Assembly (NCBI RefSeq): GCF_036321535.1
Contig: NC_087436.1
Location: forward strand, 8,618,001-8,682,000
Length of the DNA: 64,000 nt
DNA from: Camelus dromedarius
Taxonomy: Eukaryota
Reading direction: 5' to 3'
The notes under the pieces are model-generated. The model was given only the letters and a program-made list of their open reading frames with translations, was not told where the DNA came from and searched no databases. Each line of letters starts with the position of its first letter. The stretch's first letter is position 1. A program made the position numbers and the translations under genes. Positions 1-14,739 of this stretch are shown piece by piece.

Positions 1-3000
1 CACTCATGAACACACGCAGAGATACGTCGATGATAGACACATAACTACATAGGTGCTATAGATAAATAGAAATTACTTATCCAAACCATCTAGCTAAGGT
101 TTGGTGTAGTTTAGAGAAGTTTAAAAAAACAAGTAGCTCTGAAAATAACAGAAAGGCTATGGAGTAGTGAAATAAGAAAGAATAAAATTGACAATGATAA
201 TCGTGTAGGAACCCATCTAGAGAAGCTAAGCATAGTTGACATGTAAAACGTTTTATTTAAAAATGTTTAAAAGTAGACTTAATCTTCGGAATACCAGACC
301 TGGGAACATAGGGAACCAAAGCACTGAAAAGGCAGGCTAATTAAACACTGATAGGTTAGCGTTTTCTAAGATACAAAGAAAGGTTCATATATCTGATCTG
401 CATAATTCGGATGACAAATGCATTCTGTCATCTGCATAGGTGTGAATGCAAACAAATTGGCATGCACATTACAAAGAAGACAGTGGTAAGTGTGCAACAA
501 ATAAGGTGACCCAAGACAGATACACCCAATTTGGGTACTGAATTAAGCCGCATTGTGGGTTCCTCCAAGGATGGTATATATACATCCTAGATACAGATAC
601 GAGATATGGACATGTACTGAGCTACTGATAAATTAATGTTGAGTCAAAAGAGGAGAGAGACGGTTTGATGTTTGATAAAAATCTACACTTGCAAACTTGT
701 AAGATGGAAACCTGGTTCTCTCACTGGTTTTGGTAGTTCTCATTATGTTACTTTTCTGCTTCTCTACCAATCAGGTTCCTGAGACTGGCAGGAGAGTCCT
801 CTCCCTTGGCAGTAATTGAGAATTGGGGACAGAAGAGGGCTTTTGCAAAAAGAAATTTAAAAAAAATCTTTCTCAAAATATATAACTGTAATCTTCATTG
901 TTCTCCAGCAAATGGCCTCTTCCCCAGCTAGTGTTCTCATCAAAATTTCATAAAACACATGGATTTTCCATAGCGAATAAAGAGCACATCACATATTTTA
1001 TTAATCAAATTCTTATTAATCTACACTCGGCAGCCATATTTCCAACACCTACATGACTCATCCTTAATTACCATGGGTCTTATTAATTTTCTCCTTGTCG
1101 GAATTTTCATAGCATTTATATTTGGTGCCACGTAATTGGGCCTTTAATCATGTACTACTGTTCTCACCTAAAATGCTAGACTTTGTTCTTCCAACAGTTC
1201 TACACCTTCAAACACACTGGCGGAAGTGCAGTGTTTCTTCACTAAATACACGTTTAGGTGTCACGTGTCATAGCACAGATAAAAGGGGAGAATCAAAAAG
1301 TGGGTAGTTCTCAATCATGACGCTAAACTCTAGAATGTCATGTCATTTAGAATCACTGAGAAACAGAATTCTAGAGCAGCCTTCAAAATGTGGTGCGTGG
1401 ATGGCTGCTACTTGGAATATCATTTGTCACCAAGCTTAGAAATAGAATAGAAATTGAAAATAATTGTCAAAATTGAAAAAAACTGTTACTAGGCCACTGC
1501 ATGTGCCACCGTCCCCTGTTGCTTCTTCTGGCAAAGATCAAGGGTTGTCTTCCATTCAGCGATGGGCTTACTCTGGCCCTACGTGACAACTTTCCTCTTC
1601 TATTTTAACTTGACCAACCCTATGACCATTTGAGTTTGGATCCCTGATTTGACATGAATAAACCAGTCCTAGATCAGTCAGGAGAAAGCTTTCATACCAT
1701 AAGCAAAATAAAATGTGTAGCTAAGATTCTATCATCACCACCATTAAAAATAAAAACATTGAGATTTTCTTTAAAAAAAAAAAACCCACTATTTAAAAAA
1801 ATCATGCTACATTTAGCTCTTAGATAGCCTAGTTTTGATCATTAGTCTATCAATGCATTGTCTGAATGTAATACTTTTGGTATACGAGATGCCTTAACTT
1901 CTGAAGCACGGGATCCACTTAATTTGTTATTCAATATTTCTTTCTCAATTAACTGGATATTAAATATGGTAGTCCAGTAAAAACAACACTTAAAATATTT
2001 GATAACAATTTAATATTGCTATCATATCCATGAGCATAATCAGTGGACCTGTCTCCTTGAATAGGGTTTAGATCAGCTTGGTCTAAACTTGCCTGGAGGG
2101 TTTCTTGGGATGGAAGCTACCTAATGATTAAAAAAAAAAAAATAGATTGAACAAAAGCCAAGGTGATTGTTTCCCACATACGGTTTAAGAAGCACTGATT
2201 TTTAGCTTTCTTTTCTTTTCTAGCTTTCTCTCTCTCTTTGAAATAGCTTTTATTTTTTAAATCCAAAACTCTTATAATCTGAGTCTATTTAGATAAATAG
2301 AAAAGTGAATAATGAAATATTTGAAAAGATAGTGTCCACTTTATCAAACACAATAGAATGTAAATAATTCTCAATGAGGGTTTGTTCAGTTTTTCATGAA
2401 TGAAGGAAATGAAACAATGAAACAATGTACTGGACTGGAATGTGTAGGTTGGGAATCCCAGTTTATTTTTATAATCATGTGGAAACATATATATTCAAGG
2501 TTGAGCTATTTTGTATACACTAGGTATAATGTATTCTTTTAAATCTTGCAAAGCAAGATTTAAAAAAAGCACTCCATCTTATAATAATAACATATTAAAT
2601 AATTTGGTATCAATGGCTATCTCCCTTACTGGTCCATTTTTTTTAAAAGGCAATGAGGTTAAAGTACTTTTATTGATTTTTAATTGAGATCAGTGCTTCT
2701 AATCCAGTGATACAGCTGCTTTTTCCTACAATTAGATATATTCAATTTATCTAATTCTAGTTTCCATTTAATTTATTAAAATGTCATAAACTGTCTAGTT
2801 CATATTAGTCAAAACATAAGTAGTCATGGTAATTTAGGGCCTGATTTGCCTCAATCTGCATATCATAGAAAACTGTCAGGTAGCATGATACTGATTCCAG
2901 GATATCAAAGTACAAAGATTATATTGTAGAAATTTTCATCCTTCCTTTTAACATAAGGAGAATGTCTTTAATTTCTTCAAGTATTATAATAAAAATTGAG

Positions 3001-3104
3001 TTGATAACATTACACTATCATAAACCGAGGGCTGGTTTCTTTTCAAAAATAATGTACTAAAGAGAGTTTAAAAAAAAAAAAAAGCAGGCAGAGTTAAAAA
3101 AATA

Positions 3105-3290
3105 ATAATAAACAGGCTTTGAGATCAACCAGACTTAAATGTAATCCAGTTTTACTACTTACATTAGCTGTGTAAATACTCCTTTTAAGTTTTGTTTACC
3201 CCACTGGTATAATAATATTACCTTTCATGTTGTATTATTATGTCGGTTAAATGTAATCATGTTTGAAAAGGTCAAATGATCAATAAATGC
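3105..3290 (+). mobile_element. Degraded MIR SINE
   Basis: caggctttgag..cagacttaaat..aatccagtttt..acttacattagctgtgt and 3' caataaatg resemble the MIR consensus. Confidence 0.55.
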
Positions 3291-3679
3291 CACTTGGTAT
3301 TTTCATGTAGAAAATTCTCCATGAGCTAACATTTCACAAAAACTGTAATAGTCTACACATTCTTCACACAAACGTTTTGCTCAATTTCCCAAAATGTTTT
3401 GGAGAGTTTGCTGTGGATAGTTAAGAATTTCAGTGAGTTATTTTAAACATACAGTGATGGTTGCATATGTGGTTAGAATTTTTTTCCTTTTTATCATTTG
3501 GCAGTTCTGTGACACTAGGCTAATTATTCGACTTTTCTCATTTCCTTCTCCAGAAATTGAGAGTATTAAATTAGGATTTTTCCATTGTTTTCATAAAAGA
3601 AAAATAATTCAAAGCTGTCTGAATTAATTCGACTCTGCTTAAACAGAAAATGTTTTACCGATTTATAAAAATATAGTGT

Positions 3680-4083
3680 TAGGTCCACCCACATTGTTGC
3701 AAAAGGCAAGATTTCATTCATCTTTATGGCTGAGTAATACTCCATTATATATAGAGATACCACATCTTCTCTATCCAGTCATCTATTGATGGACACTTGG
3801 GTTGCTTTCAGATCTTGGCAATTGTAAATAATGCTACAACAAAGATAGACGTGCATATATATATTTGAATTAGTGTTTTTGTGTTCTTTGGATATACACT
3901 CAGCATTGGTAGTTCATATGGTAGTTCTATTTTTAGTTTTTTGAGCAACCTCCGCACTGGTTTCCACAGTGGCTGCAGCGATTTATGTTTCTACCAACAG
4001 TGTACAAGGGTTCCCTTTTCTCCACATCCTTGCCAACATTTGTCATTTGCAGACTTTTTGATGGTATCATTTTGAGAGGGTGA
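3680..4083 (-). mobile_element. L1 ORF2 C-terminal fragment
   Basis: Minus-strand ORF 3566-3763 contains MEYYSAIKMNEILPFATMWVDL, typical of the L1 ORF2 end. Also ggttcccttttctccacatccttgccaaca. Confidence 0.9.
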
Positions 4084-7000
4084 AGAGTGAATTTAAAAAT
4101 AAATTTGTAGAGTGTTAAATTTCAAATGTCTACAGAACATAAGAGAAGAAAACTCTCGACATTTGGTAAATGCAGGACTGGATGATTTGTGTCTTGGTTC
4201 TCCTGGTTCTTTTAAACGAGCCAGAATCCCAGTTAGGAATTGGTCTAAGTGTCAGTGAGCACTGAGAATCCCAGGAACAGAGACTTCATGTCTGTTGGGG
4301 AAACCATACATCTAAATAGTGGGGAGACCAAATTAAAACCAAGACCATAGGTTTCACTTTAGGTCCAAGAACTAGTAAATAGAATTTGGCAAAGTCTTGA
4401 ACTAAAAATTAACATTAAGCAATAAAATAGACAATTATGGCAAATATAAGAAAATGTAAATTATATGGACCCACAAGTTTCATGGTGTATCAACTCAATT
4501 AAATGGCAGTGTGGCTAGTTGGAATTAAAGAATTAGTTGTGTTTGTGAATTTTGTTCCCCAATGTGATGACTTGATTTGTACAGGAAGAATGGTACTCTT
4601 TTGTAACTTTGTTTAACAAAGCACAATTAGTAAGTTGGTTAAATGGAGAGGAAAAATCATTTTCTTTCTTAGTAGATAACACATGATGTTAACTGAACAT
4701 AAAAAGAAAAAAAAAGCATGGGCTTTAGTATGTAAATCTCTCTAAAATGTTGAAAAGTTCATTATAATTATGACATCACAATGAACACTGTGGCATCTTG
4801 GGAAGATGTAGGTCACTTCTTTCAAATACCTTCTGTACTCTAGTTTCTTTAAGTAACAATAGAGAAGATCTGTTTAAATGATCCCTTTCAACTATTGATT
4901 AACAGACTCTTATAGTTAAGACATTGGTTTCAATACCCAAAGTGTATACATCCCCCTCTACAATTTTTTCTGAGAGCTGGATATCTAGCCTTTTTAAAAA
5001 ACTTTGAAAAGAGAGAGATTTTTTATAAGGTAGTCCTTTAAATCTTGGGTACTGAGCTTAAATCTGCCTCTTTATAACTTCCAGTCCTTAAATTTGCTGC
5101 TTCTTGAAGAACCAAAAAGAAGAATCTGTTCGTATTTATTCACCTTGATGCTTGACGATAAATTAATGCAAACAGATTCATTTAAAATGTATTTTAAAAA
5201 CAAGCAATTTTATTTCAACAGATTTCACTTATCTGCATTCTGATCATATTACTATAGCTAATACAGATTTTGTAAATAATATCTATGAAATGGATTATCA
5301 GGCAGGCAAAGAAATGAATTTGCAGGATCGGATTGAAGTACAAAGCTTGAGGTTTAGTGTTGGGGATCACGTTACGCCATGTTAATGAAATTATCCTTAA
5401 ACTTGAAGGGATTTCATGTAGAATTCTATTCCTCAATGCTTTGAAATTTTTATATTAAAATGGAGTAAATTAAATTATTTCTTACTGTTATAAATCTGTA
5501 GGATAAAGAGAAACCAAAGTTTTCAGGAACAAGGTCAAATAATTTGAATGACGTAATATCAGAAAATACGTAAATTTGCCTTCCCTTCTTTAAATAATTG
5601 TCTCTTTCTTTTGGTAATGATACATCAGTTTTGGTGACACGTGTTTTACAGGTTTCTCTTTTTGGGGACATTAGTTTAGGAGAAAGAAAAGGTTTTATGG
5701 ACTCCCTCCTTCCTAAGCATGTGTATGAAATCTCTCCCTGTGAATGTCTAAATCTGTCTTGGAACTGTTTAAAAAAATGTTGATTTAAAAGCATAAATTG
5801 AAGCAATTTTATGATTGTTGAATTATCTACATTTGTTCAACACAGTGTAATATCATTTAGGAGCTGAACTTTTTTCCTGAAGATCATAATCTCGCAATGC
5901 AGATGGCAAAGTGTCATTCTGATGGGAGTTCCTCATCTTACTGTATTGTCCAGCCCCAGAAGCCTTATATGGAAGACAGGCTTACTTGCTTTTTCAAGAC
6001 TATTATTGACTGGAAAAAAATTATTCTGAAATGTGATAGATTCATCTTCAAAAATTATAAAGCTGTTTAGAGGATAATTATATGCATGTGTACTTTTAAA
6101 CTGTATTGTAATTCACATGTAAACGTGTTCCACATTGGAATGCCTACACTGAGGATCATTAAACTTTATCTTTCAGGTCAACACTCTTTAAAAATTGTTT
6201 TAGTATGATTTATATTATTTACTGGTTCATTATTATTATTGTAAATGATCTTATATTCTATTTCGTACAGGTATGTCATGAGAGGATCCTGCCCAGATAA
6301 TTCATACACACTTGTATTTTACTATGTTTGTATCCACTAAATAAAAACCATGAAAATTCACCCATTTTAAAATCATATTTTGTAAGCCTTTAGAAATACA
6401 TGTTACATTAAAAGAATAATTTGGCTCTGTACCTGACTTCTTTATAGGTAGGACAATACAGATGAAAGTTACATTTCTCCTGTCCTTTCTCTTTAAAACT
6501 GTATCTTTATTACATTGCCCACAGAATTATATTTAGGCTTATCTCTTTTCACTAACAAATCTGATTTGCATTCTAGAAAAATTCTTTAATAATAAAACGA
6601 AGACATTATGGAGTAAAAATCAGCAAAACGACCCCTGTGATTTAGTTCAGTGCAAATCCTTTAAACGTATACTGATTATACAATTTGATATGCTATTATT
6701 TTATTGCATCTTTTAAGTTTTCTAAATAATTTCAAAAGAGAACTATCAGACATAAGATACAGTTTTGCAAAATCATACTCATAAATAACTGTATTTTGAA
6801 ACTTATACTTTAAAGAGCTACTTTTTTAATAAAAAATGATGCTAGTATACGGATTGTTAAATATGCTAAGCTCATTTTCTTCCGCTCTTATCACAAGGAA
6901 TATATTTTTCTTCCTAAAATAGAGGTGAGATAGGACTGACGTCTTTTTCAGGACGGAAGAAAGAACGCTTTGGAGAGAGTAACTAGATCCGATTCCGGAA

Positions 7001-7344
7001 ATAACACTCACTGGGTGGTGATTCAGGCAACTTCTTAGCTGCCAGTGGGCATGTCACTCCACAGTGCCTCATATTACATCTTCGTTCAAGCCGTACAGGT
7101 GGGATTTAAGACAGAATGGAGCAGACGCCTAGTTGCTTGCAAGTCCTAGATAAGTTTCAGCTTTTGCCGTTAATTTGCTAAACAATCCATAATATATCTT
7201 TAAAAAAATGCCTTAATAAAAATTTGAAAATCAGTTACTGAATTAGGAAAAAAGAAGAGTTTTGATGGGCAAAAATTAGCAGCTTAAATAGTAAAGGGAT
7301 GAACACTTATTTTGAGATTTAAGTTTTGTTTTTCTTATCATTCT

Positions 7345-7454
7345 TTTTTTAATTAATTAATTGACTAATTCATTTTAATAGAGTTACCAGGGATTGAACC
7401 CAGGACCTCATGCATGCTAAGCATGTGCTCTACCACTGAGCTATACCATCCCCT
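7345..7454 (-). mobile_element. Vic-1-type tRNA-derived SINE
   Basis: Reverse complement GGGGATGGTATAGCTCAGTGGTAGAGCACATGCTTAGCATGCATGAGGTCCTGGGTTCAATCCC has A and B boxes and an AT-rich tail. Confidence 0.9.
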
Positions 7455-8662
7455 CTTTCTTGGCATTCTTATTATAGAGCTGTATCTTAAATTTCCACAT
7501 AGGAAACATAAAATCATTATGTGATAAAGTATATGGAGAAATGCAAAATTGTCATTGTAAGCTTTCAGCAGTTTAAAAAATGTTTAGCAATCCAATAATA
7601 AATATTTTCTTTGATAAAATAAAATTGAAGGCATTCATTTACTGTATTGTTTTCCTTCCTGTAACATCTGTCAAATTATTCCCACTGAGATTGATGACCT
7701 ATCAAAATATGAAAAAGGTACCAAGGCAATGACAAGCCTTCAGTGTTAAATTACAATTTTGACAACTATTGTTGAAATATTAAATGTAAGCAATGAGAAA
7801 TCAAACAAGAGGTCAGACTATTAAAATTAAATAGAAATATTATGAGATTTCAAGAAAAATACTAAGATTTAAATAAATCATTAAAATTATGAACCTAACC
7901 CTCAAAAACATTACAATAATTATGCAGTTTTCAATGTATTTAGAAGGAAGAAAAATTAAGAATTCTTAAGAATTGTGTAAGCAAAATTATCATCTTTCAG
8001 AGAGGAACACCAATAGAAAATATCTAATATTGATAATTCAAGAAATATCATTTCTGAGCACATAAAGTGATTAAATGTAACTGGATGCATGAAGTCAGAC
8101 TGGAGATAGAAACGCAGGGAGTAAGAAATGACTACTTTTTACCTAATTTTTTTTGTATTACTTTATTTTTACCATGCAAATCTATTATTTGAAAAAGTCA
8201 ACAGCTACCTTTTTGAAAATAAAACTAAATCTTAGACCAGAAACTGCAGGCTAAGAGCCACATAGTGGACTTATGTGATTTTGTAAGTCTCAAGTAAAAT
8301 AATTTTGTATTTAAAGATATTTGTAGGAATAACTTTTGTGTTAAACTCTTCAATTTTATTCTTGAAAGGTTTCTATTGAAAGGTCAAATTATTATAAGCA
8401 CATTTCTCTTTAAAGTACATAAAATGTACTCTTACATGTATACAGTGAATCCTTATATCTCACATTAAAAAAAGATTTTAAAGTGATGGCCAATAGATTG
8501 AGACACATACATATTCTGCTCACATTTACCCAAGTAACTTGACTGATTCTTATCAATCCTCTTTTGAAGACTTAATATGCTATCTTAGATATAACTACTT
8601 GACCCAGTTAACATGTTCTATGACTCCATTAAAATGCTGTTGCAGAGCTCAGAGTCGGGGCT

Positions 8663-8752
8663 GGGGGTAGATAATTGCTCAATGGTAGAGCATGTGCCTA
8701 GCATGCACAAGGTCCTCGGTTCAATCCCCAGTACCTCCATTTAAATGAATAA
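8663..8752 (+). mobile_element. Vic-1-type SINE
   Basis: gctcaatggtagagcatgtgcctagcatgcacaaggtcctcggttcaatccccagtacctcc. Confidence 0.88.
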
Positions 8753-9454
8753 TTCTTTAAAACATGCTGTTGTACGGTATAGATGCTCCCCACCTGTTCC
8801 CCAATGTTAGGCTTGCATACTTCAAATATATCAGAAGCACAACATGACAGTTTCACAAGAGTGTGATGTTTAATGAAAGATTCAAGGGCCTCTTTAAATC
8901 CAGGGCTTCAAAGGCCAATACCATAAATTTATTTCTTTTAACATCTACAGAATAATCTTCTAAAGGCAGAGTTAGAGGTAATTTACATTACTCTCTTTGG
9001 GAAGCTCTTTGCAGGGTATCACATAACCGAAAAGGGACGAAAGCATTAGTTTTTTATCATTCTCTAACTCTGTGGAAATTAAGCCTTGTTTGAATAGAGA
9101 CCCACTGACAAAAGAGTAAGGGGGAAACATTTTGATTACTTTTCTGAAAAATACAGTGGTACTGAATCAGAAGCTTCCTCCATGGCTTTCTGGGGAAATG
9201 AATTGTCTGCATGATACAAAGGGGCAGGTGTTTTAACATTTATTTTTATGGATAGAGTTTGAAGAAGTAGTAATTGGATTAGAAACAGAAGGGAATGCTG
9301 ACAAGGGAATTCGAGTTATTACCAAGGGGATGGAGAAGTGCCCTGAAGGCCACGCTGCTGGGAGAGGGGGCACCAGCAGACAGAGAAACGAGGAAGCTGT
9401 GTTTCCCCATTTCTAATCTCAGTTTCGGTTTCTTTTGTTGTTGTTGTAGTTTTG

Positions 9455-9550
9455 AATTTTTTTTAAAGACACCTTTATTGTGGTATGATTCCTGTACAGT
9501 AAACTACATGTATATCAGATGTACAATTTGATGAATTTTGATAGATGTCT
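9455..9550 (-). mobile_element. Old L1 3' end fragment
   Basis: T-rich run followed by ctttattgtggtatgatt..gtacaatttgatgaattttga, resembling the reverse complement of L1MB/L1MC-type 3' termini. Confidence 0.65.
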
Positions 9551-10995
9551 AGCTAAGTATTGTGGACACTATGGTCAACCTATTTCTGTGTACAAATTTC
9601 ATTCTAATGTAGTACTAATCGTATTTATGTGTAAAGGCCAGGTGATTTTCTCATGTGGAAATCCCAAGCCTAGAAAACAGACATTTTAAGAGTGACTCAT
9701 ATCACACTTTCTATAGAAAATGGGCTCCTCTGAAGTTAGCACCATTTAAGTTGCATTAAAACCAGGAATAGAATCTTCTAGTCTTAAAATATAAGACCTA
9801 CTCATGATGAGATTTGCGTGATTTTCTTTGAAGCTCTTTTAGTCCCTATGAAGGAAAAAAATAACAGGATGGTGTGTGTGGAGAACAGCAGGTGGACGTG
9901 TATTAAATAAACACAGAAGTAACCTAAGGACAAAGTATTAAAAACTGAGAGAGTTGTAGATATGGATGACAAATCCCTTGAAAACCAGAAGAGCAAAAAA
10001 GTTGGTCATCTTGGGGAAGTGTGTCATCCTTGAACTTGTAATTTAAACATTTTTCTAAACCCATTTCAGTTTGAGTTCCGAATTCGTAAGCGTGGGATAG
10101 AATTCTCTTTGCCTGAAGTTCATACTGGCGGTGACAGGATGAAATCATGCGTACAAGCAGGATGAAAATAGCAAGAATCCTATCTAATTAGGCTACATAA
10201 CCAAAAAAAAAAAAAAAAAAGAGGGAAGAATAAGGATCAAATTATAACTAAAAGCATGTTCTATGAATCTTCACCAACTCACTAGCGAAAGCTGAAACCT
10301 GATGTAATCTGACATTGCACCAAAATTGAATTTTTATTTAGAGCCAGCAAACAGCATTTTCTGAGAGGTTTGATGAAAGATTCCATATTCTAAATATTTC
10401 AGTTTTATCTGAATGTTATTGGCCAATGAGTTACACTGGGAATTGCACTACTGTCCTCTCGATACCAACAGTGACTTTGAAAAATATTATATCTGTTTAA
10501 TCCCTTTCTGTGGGAAAAAATGATTCCAAAAGACTCATTTCCATGACTCACACTCAAGAGACTTATCTTCTAAAATCCAGAAGGATTAGATTTTTTTTCT
10601 ATAATAGAACTCCCAACTGTCTTAGACTGAGCATCTTTATGCTATATTTTGACCCTGTGATCTTGAATTAATAGACCCAGGAGGTTATGTTTACCCTGAA
10701 ACAATTCAATGATGAATTATTCTATGAAACGTTTTTCACAAACACATGAAAAGAAGGACACTGTTTTGTGGTCATTGTAGAATAAGGAGAAATATTAAGG
10801 TAAGGAGGAAATTAGATGTATACATCTTTAAACTCAAACAGTGCAGAAAAGAATGGATAACCCAAGGCTCTAAGCAATGGAATTTTCATTAAATTCATTT
10901 AGCAAAGGTTACTGACTACCTTCCATGTGTAAGGCACCATACTAAGCACACTGGAAATTCAAATACTTATCAAAGCCTTGACTAAAAGAGTAAGA

Positions 10996-11535
10996 TGAGA
11001 TGGTTGATTTCTGTCAACTAGGCTATGATGAGGCTATGGTGTCCAGCTGTTTGGTCAAGCACTTGTCTTCATATTGTAGTAAATGTGTTTGTGGAGGTGA
11101 TTAACATTTCCAATCAGTTTGCTTTAAGTAAGACAGATCACCCCCCATAACATGGGTGGGCCTCATACAATCAGTTGAAGGCCTTAAGATTTAACAGTGA
11201 GGTTTCCCACAGAAGGAATTCTGTGTCAACATTTCCACATAGAAATCTGCTTGAGTTTCCTGTCTGCCTGCAGACATCAGACTCAAGGCTACAATATCCA
11301 CCTGCGTCAACAGTCTGCTGGCCTAATCTGTGGCTTTTGGATTCCAGACTGAACATCAGCTCGTATGTGAATTTCCAGCTGGCTGTCCTGCCCTGCGAAT
11401 TTCACATGTGATACGCCACCCACTGTCACCAAAGCCGATTCCTTAAAGTAAGGAGATGGAGACAGAGATGATGACAGAGAGATATAGATACAGATGCAGG
11501 TAGTAATCCTACTGGTTCTATTTCTCGGGAGAAAT
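10996..11535 (+). mobile_element. MLT2-type (ERVL) solo LTR
   Basis: tggttgatttctgtcaact.., gggtgggcctcatacaatcagttgaaggccttaa, and cctactggttctatttctcgggaga near the 3' end. Confidence 0.85.
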
Positions 11536-12507
11536 AAGTTCTCCTGGCATAATACTCAACAATTTTCTCATGAAACTATTTTATAACTAGAAATGCAAAT
11601 CTAGTGGAATGTAGCACCAAATAACCTACACACTCTAAAATTAACGTCTTCTTGTGGTTAAATAGAAAACAAAATAGCTTCATATAGCAAATAATTATTT
11701 AGTTCAACATATATTCTCAAAGCGTAATGCCATCAATTTCTTATTTCTACCACTGAATACTTGTGGATCATGAAAGTATCTGCATGCATTTCAATTATTT
11801 AAGCTCATTTCACATTAAGCAATAACAAGATAACTGCAATATGAAATAAAAGTTTATCTACTCTAGCTTTTACTTCATACATATGGACTATAATAATTAC
11901 ATAAGAAATAGATCTTTCTTTTTTAGTATAAACAAATGCCTTTATATTCTGCATTTAACAATTATAAACAGGACATAGTTTTAGCCAAATTCACCATTCT
12001 TTATACCATTCTCAGTGCTTTAGCAAATATATTCATCAGCTGAAATGTTCTTGCATTTTAATTTCAACATCCAAAAATTAGAAATGTCATACATTTAAAA
12101 CACACACACAGTATTTGATAGTTTCTCTCTTCTTAAAAATGCAAACCTGATTTTTCGTACTCTTTCTGCTTGCTTTTCCATTAGCATATAAAATTTTTTG
12201 TACATTTTTGTTTTATATAATTCAAGAATGATGACTTTCTATCCTTCTATTTCTTTTTATTTCACAGTATGCATTTTTAGCATAATCCCATATATTGGAT
12301 AATTGTAAAATTTCCAGGGGCTGTGCTTTGAAAAATCTGATGTGGTAAATTAGTTCTCAGTAAGTAATGATCCCTGCTTTGTCACTCCTGAAGTACACGT
12401 GTGGATCAGGTTTCTCAGGCTGAAGGAGCTGAGTTAAGGCTGTCATCACTGATGTCTGGTTTCCATCGCTCCAATTTTTAATTTTTTACAGGAAAGTGTA
12501 CATAATT

Positions 12508-12532
<25 letters not shown>
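12508..12532. repeat. (TA)n microsatellite
   Basis: Pure TA run. Confidence 0.95.
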
Positions 12533-12540
<8 letters not shown>

Positions 12541-14169
12541 ATCACTTATCACTATATATACTCAGATATATAGTGAGAGAGAAATACATCAACATAATTC
12601 TATACAATTTCTATTTCCGTTGTTTTAGAAGGAAGTCTAAGTATTCAAAGGTCTTAAAGAGAGAAATTCAGGTAAGTAAACTTCACATCCCTATTGTCTG
12701 GACAAGTCACAAAACTATCACATCAATTTTTCCTTGCTTTTTCAGCTTTAGATTCCAAATAGTTAGCTACAACACTGCTGACCCTGTAGGAATCAGAGTG
12801 GAACATTCTGTTGAAAAATGCTTTTGCTTTGATTTAAATAATCATTTTAATGCCACATCTCCGATATCCGTGTTAGCCCAAATTTCTCATCCGTTATGCT
12901 TTTATAAAAAATATAAATGGGCTATAAAATTGAATGGCTTGCTTTATCAGATGCAAATATTTATATTTAATATGCATTTATTTATTTACATACACACACA
13001 CACACCTTACTCAAAATGGATTTAGTCAGCACTGATGTGATATGACTGCAAAATGAAACAAAATTGCAGGTACAATTTAAAATATTTTTGTACTTGTTAA
13101 ACTAGAGCTTAACAAACACGGTAATGAATATTTAGTAATTTAGCCCATAAGTGAAATATTTTTTTAAATTAAAAATGGTTTCATTTGTTTTGAACATTTG
13201 TAGACACATGGAGTTAAATTATTTCCATTATTTAAAATAAGTGGTATTAGAGTCTTTGTCCTAAAGAATGTCTGGAGGGAAGCTAGCCTATTTTATCTCA
13301 CCTTCACAATATTTTTTCCTTCATCTCATTCTAGGGCATGGTTTTAAGGTGCAAAGTGTTGTCTCCATATGTCAATCTCTGACAACACTGGCTACTGGGA
13401 GGCTGGAAACAGGAGCTGGAAATAAAGGGTCTAAACTCGGGCATTAAATACCTATTTTGCTCATATCTTGTGGCCATGCCAACCTTAAAGATGAGTACCA
13501 AGATGGGGTTGCATTCTGTGGTCTACCAGTATCTTATTTTATTTGGGGGGTCTGGTGCATGCCAGCGTTTGTGTGGGAACACATAGGTAACACGGGTATG
13601 TGTAGTGTTACATATTTTGGTGTACACTTATTTATGTGGAGATATATCTATAGCCATAGAAATATAAAAAATATATATAATTTTTATTATGTTGCACAGA
13701 AATACAGTTCCTCGTATGTCTATTCAAATAGTCGTTTTGTCAGATATTTTTATTTTCTGAATTCTGTACCAAAATTTAACAGAAAAAAAAATTTCCATGA
13801 AAGAAAATGTAAATAAAAAAAGAAATTGATATTTCCCCCTCTAAATCTAAATCATTCATTCTGTTGAGACCTCTTGAAAAAATAAGATGAAGAAGAAAAG
13901 AGAATCAACATTTACAGAGCATCTAATATACCCCAATTTCCCATCAGATTAATTACAGGCTATTTTCTTTTATTTTGTTAAAGTAACTAGTGCTTATCAA
14001 AATGGGAGACATTCTAAATTAAGAAGCAGGTGAAGTTATTACGCTGCGTTCACTTTTGGTATTTCACGTCTAGTGCCTTTATTTTAATTACAAACAAGTA
14101 ATAAAGAACACGCAATATATTCTTTTCCTCTTCAAATTTTAAACCTGCACAGAGTAACAGACAATATCA

Positions 14170-14412
<243 letters not shown>

Positions 14413-14529
14413 TTAGGAATAAAAACACATTTAAAAGTTCAAAACAAAATTGTCAGAAACTTTTGCAACCCAAAATCAGTGCCCCCTCAAATTGCTGGCA
14501 GGAGATCAGTTTGGAAAGTCATGTAATTT

Positions 14530-14739
14530 TCTTTTTCATTTAATTGAAGTATAATCGGTTACAATGTGTCAATTTCTGGTGTACAGCATCATGTCCCAGT
14601 CATGCATATACAAACATACATTTGTTTTCACATTCTTTTTCATTAAAGGTTATTACAAGGTATTGAATACGGTTTCCTGTGCTATACAGAAGACATTTGT
14701 TTTTTATCTATATTTATATATAGTGGTTAATATCTGCAA
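14530..14739 (-). mobile_element. Young 5'-truncated L1 3' end (lineage-specific family), sense to FSTL5
   Basis: Close reverse-complement match to the L1 3' ends at 26200-26410 and 46980-47190 (aattgaagtata..acaatgtgtcaatttctggtgtacagc). Confidence 0.9.

Noticed and set aside
12531..13025. 164-aa ORF and other short ORFs in the track
   Set aside because: Composition typical of AT-rich or low-complexity non-coding DNA; no domain similarity.
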